A stretch of DNA of 47,944 nucleotides from Candidatus Parcubacteria bacterium. Lineage in GTDB: Bacteria; Patescibacteriota; Minisyncoccia; Minisyncoccales; JAGMDC01. Of the stretch, positions 7,872 through 15,195 are shown piece after piece (the stretch's first letter is position 1; each line of letters starts with the position of its first letter). A program made the position numbers and the translations under genes. Under the pieces are notes generated by a model. It was not told where the DNA came from. It did no database searches and saw nothing but the letters and a program-made list of their open reading frames with translations. The stretch lies in NCBI GenBank assembly GCA_023130975.1, contig JAGMAD010000003.1, forward strand, positions 195,692 to 243,635. Direction: 5' to 3'.

Positions 7872-8924
7872 ATGTTTAATAAAATATTCTCTTATTTATC
7901 CCAAGATATTGCTATTGATTTAGGAACAGCTAATTCCTTGGTCTATGTTAGAGGCAAGGGGATTGTTATTTCTGAACCGTCAGTGGTGGCCTTAAACCAG
8001 AAAACTGGTCAAATTTTAGCTATTGGAGAAGAGGCAAAAAAAATGGTGGGTAAAACCCCTGCTTATATTATAGCCAGTAGGCCTTTGGTAAAAGGGGTAA
8101 TTTCTGATTTTGAAGTAACTGAGCAAATGCTCAAATATTTTCTTGAAAAAGTTCGTAAAAGCAAACTGGCTTTTATTAATCAACCCCGAGTAATTGTTGG
8201 TATTCCTTGCGGTGTTACTGAGGTAGAAAGCAAAGCCGTTCAAGATGCCGCTAAGTCAGCCGGGGCAAGAAAGGTTTATTTAATTGAACAGCCAATAGCT
8301 GCAGCTATTGGCGCAAGATTAGCAGTGCAGGAAGCAGGAGGAAATTTTATTGTTGATATTGGCGGCGGAACAACCGAAATAGCGGTAATTTCTTTGGGGG
8401 GAATGGTTATAGCTAAAAGTTTAAGGGTAGCTGGTGACAAACTTAATGAAGATATAATCTATTATGCCCAAGAGGAGTATAAATTACTCATAGGAGAAAG
8501 AACAGCAGAGGAAATTAAAATTGGTATTGGCTCTGCTTATCCTTCAAAAGAAAAAAAAGAAATGCCAATGAGGGGAAGAAATTTAGTTACTGGCTTGCCT
8601 GAAGAAATCACTGTCTCTGATGAAGATATTCGCAGGGCATTGGAAAAATCAGTAAAACAGATTGTGGATGAAATAAAAGCTACCGTAGAAGAAACACCGC
8701 CAGAACTTTTAGCTGATGTTATGTCAAAAGGAATATATCTTGCTGGAGGTGGTTCATTGCTTAGAGATTTAGACACTCTTATCACCAAAGAGACCAAAAT
8801 TCCGGCTAAAATCATTGACGATCCTTTAACAACAGTGGCTCGGGGAGCAGGAATGGTTTTAGAAAAGTTAGACGAACTCCAAGAGGTCTTAATAGAAACA
8901 GAAGAATTACAACCACCGAAATAA
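7872..8924 (+). CDS. mreB: Actin-like rod-shape protein MreB, paralogue 2
   Basis: 350 aa. IAIDLGTANSLVY, DIGGGTTEIAVISLGG and AGGGSLLRDLDTLI motifs. Confidence 0.9.
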   Translation: MFNKIFSYLSQDIAIDLGTANSLVYVRGKGIVISEPSVVALNQKTGQILAIGEEAKKMVGKTPAYIIASRPLVKGVISDFEVTEQMLKYFLEKVRKSKLAFINQPRVIVGIPCGVTEVESKAVQDAAKSAGARKVYLIEQPIAAAIGARLAVQEAGGNFIVDIGGGTTEIAVISLGGMVIAKSLRVAGDKLNEDIIYYAQEEYKLLIGERTAEEIKIGIGSAYPSKEKKEMPMRGRNLVTGLPEEITVSDEDIRRALEKSVKQIVDEIKATVEETPPELLADVMSKGIYLAGGGSLLRDLDTLITKETKIPAKIIDDPLTTVARGAGMVLEKLDELQEVLIETEELQPPK

Positions 8925-9042
8925 CCTTTTACTTTGTAAAAGGAATTTTCAATTTTCAATTTTCAATTCTAAAATTTTCAATTAAAAATTAAAGAATTAG
9001 AAATTTAATAGAAATTAAAAATTAGAAATTAGAAATTTTATT
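8925..9042. repeat. Word-repeat palindromic spacer (TTTTCAATT / AATTAGAAATT words)
   Basis: TTCAATTTTCAATTTTCAATTC ... AAATTAGAAATTAGAAATTT. Confidence 0.7.
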
Positions 9043-9321
9043 ATGATCGATGTAGAACATATCGCAAGGCTAGCAAGATTAGAATTGTCTCAAGATGAAG
9101 TTGAAAGAATGAGAAAGGAGCTTTCTTCTATTTTGGATTACTTTGATTTATTAAAGAAAATAAACGTTAAGAAAGTTAAACCAACTAGTCATTCTTTTTC
9201 AGTTGAGAACGTGATGAGAGAAGATTTACCTAAAAAACAACCAAAAGAAAAAAATGATAAATTATTAAAAGTAATGCCGGAGAAAAAGGGAAGATACACT
9301 AAAGTCAAATCAGTGCTTTGA
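9043..9321 (+). CDS. gatC: Asp/Glu-tRNA amidotransferase subunit C
   Basis: 92 aa. IDVEHIARLARLELSQDEVERMRKELSSILDYFDLL is the GatC signature. Immediately upstream of gatA. Confidence 0.88.
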   Translation: MIDVEHIARLARLELSQDEVERMRKELSSILDYFDLLKKINVKKVKPTSHSFSVENVMREDLPKKQPKEKNDKLLKVMPEKKGRYTKVKSVL

Positions 9322-9428
9322 CTTTAAACGCAAAACTCAAAACCACAACTTAAAGCTAAAATCTTTTAATTTTAATTAGTTTTAAGTTTTGAACTGTGGC
9401 TTTGAACTTTGAACTTTGAGTTTTTATT
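9322..9428. repeat. Word-repeat palindromic spacer
   Basis: CAAAACTCAAAACCACAACTTAAAGCTAAAA is mirrored by TTTTAAGTTTTGAACTGTGGCTTTGAACTTTGAACTTTGAGTTTT. Confidence 0.7.
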
Positions 9429-10871
9429 ATGGCCCTTACTTCTCTTACTATTAGTCAAACTCATCAAGGATTAGTTAAAAAGAAATTCTCGGCTTTGGAA
9501 TTGACTAAGGAATATTTGAATAGAATAAAAAAAGAAGACAAAAAAATTCATTCCTTTTTAACGGTTTCTGAAAATTTGGCTTTTTCTCAAGCCCGGGAAA
9601 TAGATAAAAAAATTTCTAAAAAGGAAAATATAGATTTATTAGCTGGGATTCCTACTGTTATTAAAGATAATATAATGGTGGAGGATATTAAATGTACAGC
9701 TGCTTCAAAAATTTTAGAGAATTATATTGCTTGTTACGATGCTACAGTAATAGAAAAACTAAAGAAAGCGGGAACAGTAATTTTAGGCAAGACAAATTTA
9801 GATGAGTTTGCTATGGGTTCTTCCTGCGAAAATTCTGCCTTTGGAGCGACGAAAAATCCCTCTGATTTAAAACGAGTTACAGGTGGTTCTTCTGGCGGTT
9901 CAGCTGCAGCTGTGGCTGCTAATTTGTGCGGTTATGCTTTGGGTTCTGATACCGGTGGCTCTATCCGTCTGCCAGCATCATTTTGCGGGGTTGTTGGCTT
10001 GAAGCCGACTTATGGAACTGTTTCTCGTTACGGTTTAATTGCTTTTGCTTCTTCTTTAGATCAAATTGGGCCTATGACTGAAACAATTGAGGATTGTAAA
10101 ATTGTTTTTGATGTTATCAAGGGCTGGGATGAGATGGATTCTACCAGCATAAAGACTCAGTCACTCAGTCGCTCAGTCGCTAAATCACCAAGTGATTTAA
10201 AGATTGGCATTCCAAAGGAATATTTTGTAAAGGGAATGGATCCAGAAGTAGAAAAGCAGATTAAAAAAGCAATTAAAAAATATGAAGATGAAGGAGCAAA
10301 AATTATAGAGGTCTCTCTGCCTCACACAGAATATGCTCTGCCGGTTTATTATATTATTAGTAATTCAGAGGCAAGTGCTAATCTGGCCCGTTACGACGGA
10401 ATAAGATACGGAAAGTCAAAAGTCAAAAGTCAAAAGTCAAAAGTCAAAAGTTTATTAGATGTTTATTTAGAAAATAGGGGGCAAGGTTTTGGAGATGAGG
10501 TAAAAAGAAGAATAATGCTTGGAACCTATGCTTTATCTGCTGGTTATTATGATGCCTATTATTTAAAAGCTCAGAAAGTTAGAACCTTAATTAAAGAGGA
10601 TTTTGAAAATGTTTTCAAGAAAGTAGATGTTCTTTTGACCCCGGTTTCTCCTACTACTGCTTTTAAGATCGGAGAGAAAATTGATAACCCTTTATCAATG
10701 TATCTTTCTGATATTTTTACCATTTCAGTTAATTTAGCCGGCTTACCTGCTTTGTCTTTGCCTTGTGGTAAAGTTGGTAAACTGCCAGTGGGTCTACAAA
10801 TTATTGGTCAGCCATTTGAAGAAAAAAGAATCTTAGAGATAGGGAAAATTATAGAAGAAGTTAAAAATTAA
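9429..10871 (+). CDS. gatA: Asp/Glu-tRNA amidotransferase subunit A
   Basis: 480 aa. Amidase signature GGSSGGSAAAVAA...GSDTGGSIRLPASFCG. Confidence 0.93.
   Translation: MALTSLTISQTHQGLVKKKFSALELTKEYLNRIKKEDKKIHSFLTVSENLAFSQAREIDKKISKKENIDLLAGIPTVIKDNIMVEDIKCTAASKILENYIACYDATVIEKLKKAGTVILGKTNLDEFAMGSSCENSAFGATKNPSDLKRVTGGSSGGSAAAVAANLCGYALGSDTGGSIRLPASFCGVVGLKPTYGTVSRYGLIAFASSLDQIGPMTETIEDCKIVFDVIKGWDEMDSTSIKTQSLSRSVAKSPSDLKIGIPKEYFVKGMDPEVEKQIKKAIKKYEDEGAKIIEVSLPHTEYALPVYYIISNSEASANLARYDGIRYGKSKVKSQKSKVKSLLDVYLENRGQGFGDEVKRRIMLGTYALSAGYYDAYYLKAQKVRTLIKEDFENVFKKVDVLLTPVSPTTAFKIGEKIDNPLSMYLSDIFTISVNLAGLPALSLPCGKVGKLPVGLQIIGQPFEEKRILEIGKIIEEVKN
10412..10450 (+). repeat. Heptanucleotide tandem repeat (GTCAAAA x5) inside gatA
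   Basis: GTC recurs at 10415, 10422, 10429, 10436 and 10443. Translated as KSKVKSQKSKVKS. Confidence 0.9.
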
Positions 10872-10973
10872 AAGTTCAAAGTTCGTAGTCAAAGTTTTAA
10901 GTTAAAAGTTTTAATTCATAATTTTTCACTTTTCACTTTTAACTTTTAACTTGACCGAGCGAAGCGAGGGAAC
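10872..10973. repeat. Word-repeat palindromic spacer ending in the TTGACCGAGCGAAGCGAGGGAAC cassette
   Basis: AAAGTTCAAAGTT...GTTAAAAGTT is mirrored by CACTTTTAACTTTTAACTT. The cassette at 10951-10973 abuts the GTG start. Confidence 0.7.
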
Positions 10974-11489
10974 GTGGATTTTTCAAATCTAATTTCATAT
11001 TTAAGTTCAAACGAAATAAGCAAGACATTGTTCCATTTTCGGAATGCTTTTTTTCTTCTTTCTCTTTTCTTTTTCATAATTGTTCTTTCGCTTTTCTTAA
11101 AAACCAATTGGAAAAAATACGCTTTTATAGAAGATGCTGTTCATTTCTTCTTTTTTAGGCCTTATGGAATTAAGAAATTTACTAAGTCCTGGCAAAAAAT
11201 TGCTAAAAAGTTGAAAAGCGGCGATGAGTCAGAATATAAATTAGCCATTATTGAAGCAGATGAGATACTAAATGATATTTTAGAAAAAGTAGGGTATTCA
11301 GGAGAGACATTAGAAGAAAAAATAGATAAAGTGAGTTTAGTTGTTATTTCTAATAAAGAAGAAATTTTAGAAGCCCATAAGGTTAGGAGTAGCATTGTTT
11401 ATAATCCCAATTATAAAGTAGAATTAGAAGAAGCAAAAAAATTATTAGAAATTTATAGAAAAGCACTTACGGATTTAGGAATGCTGTAG
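10974..11489 (+). CDS. Hypothetical membrane-anchored protein
   Basis: 171 aa, GTG start. One N-terminal hydrophobic helix (FFLLSLFFFIIVLSLFL), then a helical charged domain. No family recognised. Confidence 0.6.
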   Translation: MDFSNLISYLSSNEISKTLFHFRNAFFLLSLFFFIIVLSLFLKTNWKKYAFIEDAVHFFFFRPYGIKKFTKSWQKIAKKLKSGDESEYKLAIIEADEILNDILEKVGYSGETLEEKIDKVSLVVISNKEEILEAHKVRSSIVYNPNYKVELEEAKKLLEIYRKALTDLGML

Positions 11490-11519
11490 GCACATAGTAC
11501 ATAGCACATAACATGGGGG

Positions 11520-11548
11520 TTGAATTTAGTTTAAAATTGAGATATGAT
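11520..11548 (+). promoter_or_regulatory. sigma70-like promoter for the tRNA cluster
   Basis: GGGGG-TTGAAT (11520-11525), 17 nt, TATGAT (11543-11548). Confidence 0.5.
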
Positions 11549-11606
11549 GGAGTATCAATAATATAGCAAGTCAGAGGCTTGATATATCACGCTAAAGCGT
11601 GTTATA

Positions 11607-11675
11607 GCGGGGTGGAGAAGTAGTATCTTGCCAGCCTCATAAGCTGGAGACCCAGGCGCAATTCCTGGCCCCGCA
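11607..11675 (+). tRNA. Degenerate tRNA-like sequence with CAU anticodon loop (possible pseudo-tRNA or atypical tRNA)
   Basis: Acceptor GCGGGGT/GCCCCGC. Anticodon arm CCAGC-CTCATAA-GCTGG. The D arm lacks GG and the T loop reads CGCAATT instead of TTCRANY. Confidence 0.35.
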
Positions 11676-11683
11676 ACTAGTTT

Positions 11684-11756
11684 GGCGGTGTAGCTCAGTG
11701 GTTAGAGCAGTAGAATCATAATCTACGTGTCGTGGGTTCGAATCCCTCCACCGCTA
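11684..11756 (+). tRNA. tRNA with CAU anticodon (elongator Met or lysidine-type Ile2)
   Basis: GGCGGTG-TA-GCTC-AGTGGTTA-GAGC-A-GTAGA-ATCATAA-TCTAC-GTGTC-GTGGG-TTCGAAT-CCCTC-CACCGCT-A. No three G-C pairs in the anticodon stem, so not an initiator. Confidence 0.85.
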
Positions 11757-11772
11757 CATAATTTAATTTTAT

Positions 11773-11845
11773 GGTCGCGTGGTGTAGCGGTTAACATGTC
11801 GCCCTGTCACGGCGAAGATCGTGGGTTCAAATCCCATCGCGACCG
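11773..11845 (+). tRNA. tRNA-Asp (GUC)
   Basis: GGTCGCG-TG-GTGT-AGCGGTTA-ACAT-G-TCGCC-CTGTCAC-GGCGA-AGATC-GTGGG-TTCAAAT-CCCAT-CGCGACC-G. Confidence 0.9.
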
Positions 11846-11885
11846 CCCAAAGAGTATTTTTTCAACACTTTCAATAAAAAAACAT

Positions 11886-11912
11886 TACTGGATTTATAGT
11901 CCAGTATTTTTT
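11886..11912 (+). terminator. Rho-independent terminator after the tRNA cluster
   Basis: TACTGGA-TTTATAG-TCCAGTA followed by TTTTTT. Confidence 0.7.
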
Positions 11913-11962
11913 GTTTTCCACAGTTGATTTTAAGTTTAAAATAAGTTATTATAAATATAATA

Positions 11963-12985
11963 ATGGATATAAAAACAATCAAAAAAGAGGTAAAAAAACA
12001 GATAAATTCAGCTGAAACTTTAAAAGATTTAGATGATATTTTTAAGAAATATCTGGGTAAAAAAGGCAAAATTACCCAGATTTTGCGTTCTTTAAAGGAC
12101 TTGTCAGAAAAACAAAAAAAAGAAACAGGTAAATTGGCTAATGAAATTAAGAAAGAATTAGAATCAGCTGTAAAAGAAAAAAAATATGTATTTCAATCTG
12201 CTGACTGGCTGGCAAGTAAATTTCAGGATATTTTTGATATTTCTGTTCCAAGCAAAAAACCATTAGTTGGTCATCTTCACCCGATTACTCTTGTTAGAAG
12301 AAAAGTTGAAGAAATTTTTCAGCAAATGGGTTTTTCCGTGGTTGAAGGTCCAGAAGTAGAAACTGAATGGTATAATTTTGATGCCTTAAATATTCCCAAA
12401 GACCATCCGGCTCGGGATGCCTGGGATACATTGTGGTTAAAACCTGAAAGTCAAAAGTTGTTATTAAGAACTCATACCTCACCAGTACAAATCAGATATA
12501 TGGAAAAGAATCAGCCGCCATTAAGGATTATTGTGCCTGGCAGGGCTTTCCGACATGAAGCCACTGATGCTTCTCATGATGTTCAGTTTTATCAATTAGA
12601 GGGATTGATGGTTGGCAAAGATATTTCAGTGGCTAATTTTAAAGCAATAGCAAAAGAATTTTTTCAAAGATTTTTTAATAAAGAGATTAAAGTACGATTG
12701 AGGCCCGGTTATTTTCCATTTACAGAGCCAAGTTTTGAGATAGATGTCCAATGTGTTATTTGTGGAGGTAAAGGTTGTTCGACTTGCAAGCAAACCGGCT
12801 GGCTCGAGCTTTGGCCTGGTGGAATGGTTCATCCTAATGTATTAAAAGCAGTTGGCTACAACCCAAAATTCTGGCAGGGTTTTGCCTTCGGAATGGGTTT
12901 AGACCGTTTAGTGATGATGAAATACAAAATTAACGATATAAGGCTTTTTTATGGCGGCGATCTTAGATTTTTACAACAATTTTGA
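11963..12985 (+). CDS. pheS: Phenylalanyl-tRNA synthetase alpha subunit
   Basis: 340 aa. HPITLVRRKVEEIF, class II motifs (RTHTSPVQIR, FRHEATDASH, GFAFGMGLDRLVM). Confidence 0.93.
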   Translation: MDIKTIKKEVKKQINSAETLKDLDDIFKKYLGKKGKITQILRSLKDLSEKQKKETGKLANEIKKELESAVKEKKYVFQSADWLASKFQDIFDISVPSKKPLVGHLHPITLVRRKVEEIFQQMGFSVVEGPEVETEWYNFDALNIPKDHPARDAWDTLWLKPESQKLLLRTHTSPVQIRYMEKNQPPLRIIVPGRAFRHEATDASHDVQFYQLEGLMVGKDISVANFKAIAKEFFQRFFNKEIKVRLRPGYFPFTEPSFEIDVQCVICGGKGCSTCKQTGWLELWPGGMVHPNVLKAVGYNPKFWQGFAFGMGLDRLVMMKYKINDIRLFYGGDLRFLQQF

Positions 12986-13071
12986 AATAAAATTATTCTA
13001 CCTGTCCCGTATAATCGCGAAGCGATTTATTCGGGGTTCCAGCGATTTGCGATTTTTAGAACAGTTTTAAT

Positions 13072-13166
13072 TATGATATTTTCCTAAAATGCGAAGCATT
13101 TCAAGGTTCTTGAGCAAAGCGAAAGGTTCTTATAATTGGCTAATAGTAAAATATGATATTTTCCTA
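13072..13166 (+). repeat. 65-nt insertion flanked by a 15-nt direct repeat that duplicates the pheT start
   Basis: TATGATATTTTCCTA occurs at 13072-13086 and 13152-13166. Between them lie the AATGC-GAA-GCATT mini-hairpin and TCAAGGTTCTTGAGCAAAGCGAAAGGTTCTTAT (13101-13133). Confidence 0.8.
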
Positions 13167-15195
13167 TAACTTACTACAATCTCTTTTTGATAAAAAATTA
13201 CCAAAACCGGAGAAGCTGGCAGAGGTTTTGACAATGCATAGCTTTGAGGTTGAAAGCTTAGCAAGGAAAGGAGGAGACTGGCTCTTAGATATTGATGTTA
13301 CTCCTAATAGGGCAAGTGATTGTTTTTCCCATATTGGAATTGCTCGTGAGATTGCAGCAATATTAAAATACAAATTTAAAACTCCCGCCTTCGTTAAAAC
13401 TACGGCGGGCAAGAAAGATTTTATAAAAATAGAAGTTAAAGATAAAAATGCCTGTCCTAGATATACTGCCAAGGTGATTACTGATGTTAAGGTAGGGGAT
13501 TCACCTAAATGGATTAAAGAGAGATTAGAAGTTTGCGGCTTGCAGCCGATTAACAATGTAGTTGATATTGCTAATTATATGATGCTGGAAACTGGACAGC
13601 CCCTACACGCTTTTGATTTTGATAAATTAGAAGGAAAAAAAATAATAGTGCGATTTGCCAAACAAGGAGAGAAAATAATTACTCTTGACAACCAAAAATT
13701 TGATTTAAATAAGAATATTTTAATTATCGCGGATTCTAAACAACCATTGGCTATTGCTGGGATTAAAGGCGGGAAAAAAGCAGAGATTGATAAAAATACC
13801 AAAACAATAGTTTTGGAATCAGCTAATTTTGATTATAAAAGCATTCGTCTGGCATCAAGATTATTAAATCTAAAAACAGATGCTTCTTGGCGATTTGAGC
13901 ATGGGCTTGACCCGAACTTAACTGAACAGGCGATAAATAGAGCAGCATCTTTAATTCTGGAAATAGCTAAGGGAAAAGTAGCAAAGGGGTTAAGTGATTT
14001 CTATCCTAAAAAAGTTTTTCCCAAAAAAATTAAATTAGATTTGAATTATGTAGAAAAATTATTAGGAGTAAAAATTCCTCAAAAAGAAATAATTAAAATC
14101 TTTCAAAAATTAGATTTTACACCTATAAACCAGTGCGTAGGTGCAAAAGAAATTTTACTTGTAGAAGTTCCTACTTTCAGATTAGACATTTCTATTCCAG
14201 AAGATTTAATTGAAGAAATTGGCAGAATTTACGGCTATGAAAAGATTAAGCCAATAATGCCATTGAGCAGTTTAATTCCTCCAAAGAAAAATGAAAATAT
14301 TTTTTGGCAGGATTTTATTAAAAATATTTTAAAAGAGCTTTGTTTTACAGAGGTCTATAACTATTCTTTTGTTAGCGAAAAAGACAGAGAGATTTTTACA
14401 TTAAAAGATAATTTGGTTGAAATAGAAAATCCGATGAGTGTTGAGCAGAAATATTTAAGGCCAACATTGCTCATTAATTTGTTAAAGAATATTAAGAGCA
14501 ATATCAAAAATTATGAAGAGATGAAGCTTTTTGAAATCGGAAAAAAGCATACAAAAAATTCAGGACGAAGAATAGATGAAAGAGCAATGTTTTCTGGAAT
14601 AATTATCAAAAAAGACAAAAAAGAATTATTTTATGAATTAAAGGGAGTGATTGACTTGTTATTAAATAAATTAGGTATTAGTGATATCTGGTATGATGAA
14701 CACAAAGTATCTTTTGAAGATATTAAACTTTGGCATTTGAAAAAATGCGCCGAAATTAAAATTAAAGGAGAAAAAATTGGATTTTTAGGAGAAATTTCTC
14801 CCAATATTTTGGATGCCTTAAAGATAAAGAAAAATGTTTGCGCTTTTGAAATTGATTTTGAAAAATTAAAGGAACTTTGTTCAGAAGAAAGTGAATATCA
14901 ACCAATTCCTCTTTTTCCAACTGCTGTCCGGGATTTGGCAGTTTTAGTGCCAAGAAAAGTAAAAGTGGTAGATGTTTTAAATAAAATAAATATTTCTGGA
15001 GGAGCTTTAGTAAGAGACGTGGATTTATTTGATATGTATGAAGGGAAAGAATTACCAGAAGATAAGAAGAATTTAGCTTTTCATATAATATATCAGGCAA
15101 AGGACAGAACTTTGTCGGCAAGAGAAATAGACGAGGTTCATAATAGAATTATTAAAAACTTAGAAAAGAACCCAACTTGGGAAGTAAGAAAATGA
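13153..15195 (+). CDS. pheT: Phenylalanyl-tRNA synthetase beta subunit (short form)
   Basis: 680 aa. B3/4 domain motifs (NNVVDIANYMMLETGQPLHAFD), B5 domain, C-terminal anticodon-binding/FDX-ACB region. Follows pheS. Confidence 0.92.
   Translation: MIFSYNLLQSLFDKKLPKPEKLAEVLTMHSFEVESLARKGGDWLLDIDVTPNRASDCFSHIGIAREIAAILKYKFKTPAFVKTTAGKKDFIKIEVKDKNACPRYTAKVITDVKVGDSPKWIKERLEVCGLQPINNVVDIANYMMLETGQPLHAFDFDKLEGKKIIVRFAKQGEKIITLDNQKFDLNKNILIIADSKQPLAIAGIKGGKKAEIDKNTKTIVLESANFDYKSIRLASRLLNLKTDASWRFEHGLDPNLTEQAINRAASLILEIAKGKVAKGLSDFYPKKVFPKKIKLDLNYVEKLLGVKIPQKEIIKIFQKLDFTPINQCVGAKEILLVEVPTFRLDISIPEDLIEEIGRIYGYEKIKPIMPLSSLIPPKKNENIFWQDFIKNILKELCFTEVYNYSFVSEKDREIFTLKDNLVEIENPMSVEQKYLRPTLLINLLKNIKSNIKNYEEMKLFEIGKKHTKNSGRRIDERAMFSGIIIKKDKKELFYELKGVIDLLLNKLGISDIWYDEHKVSFEDIKLWHLKKCAEIKIKGEKIGFLGEISPNILDALKIKKNVCAFEIDFEKLKELCSEESEYQPIPLFPTAVRDLAVLVPRKVKVVDVLNKINISGGALVRDVDLFDMYEGKELPEDKKNLAFHIIYQAKDRTLSAREIDEVHNRIIKNLEKNPTWEVRK
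13384..13409 (+). repeat. GC-rich hairpin cassette read in-frame in pheT
   Basis: CCCGCC-TTCGTTAAAACTAC-GGCGGG encodes PAFVKTTAG. Same family as 16901-16946 and 38678-38838. Confidence 0.8.

Noticed and set aside
10951-10956. Reading the TTGAC of the start-proximal cassette as a -35 box
   Set aside because: It sits only 17-18 nt before the start codon. The -10 would therefore fall on the start codon itself, and no TATAAT-like hexamer is present.
11727-11927. 66-aa ORF on the plus strand (and 11827-12069 on the minus strand)
   Set aside because: It lies across tRNA-CAU, tRNA-Asp and their terminator. The tRNA folds explain the sequence.
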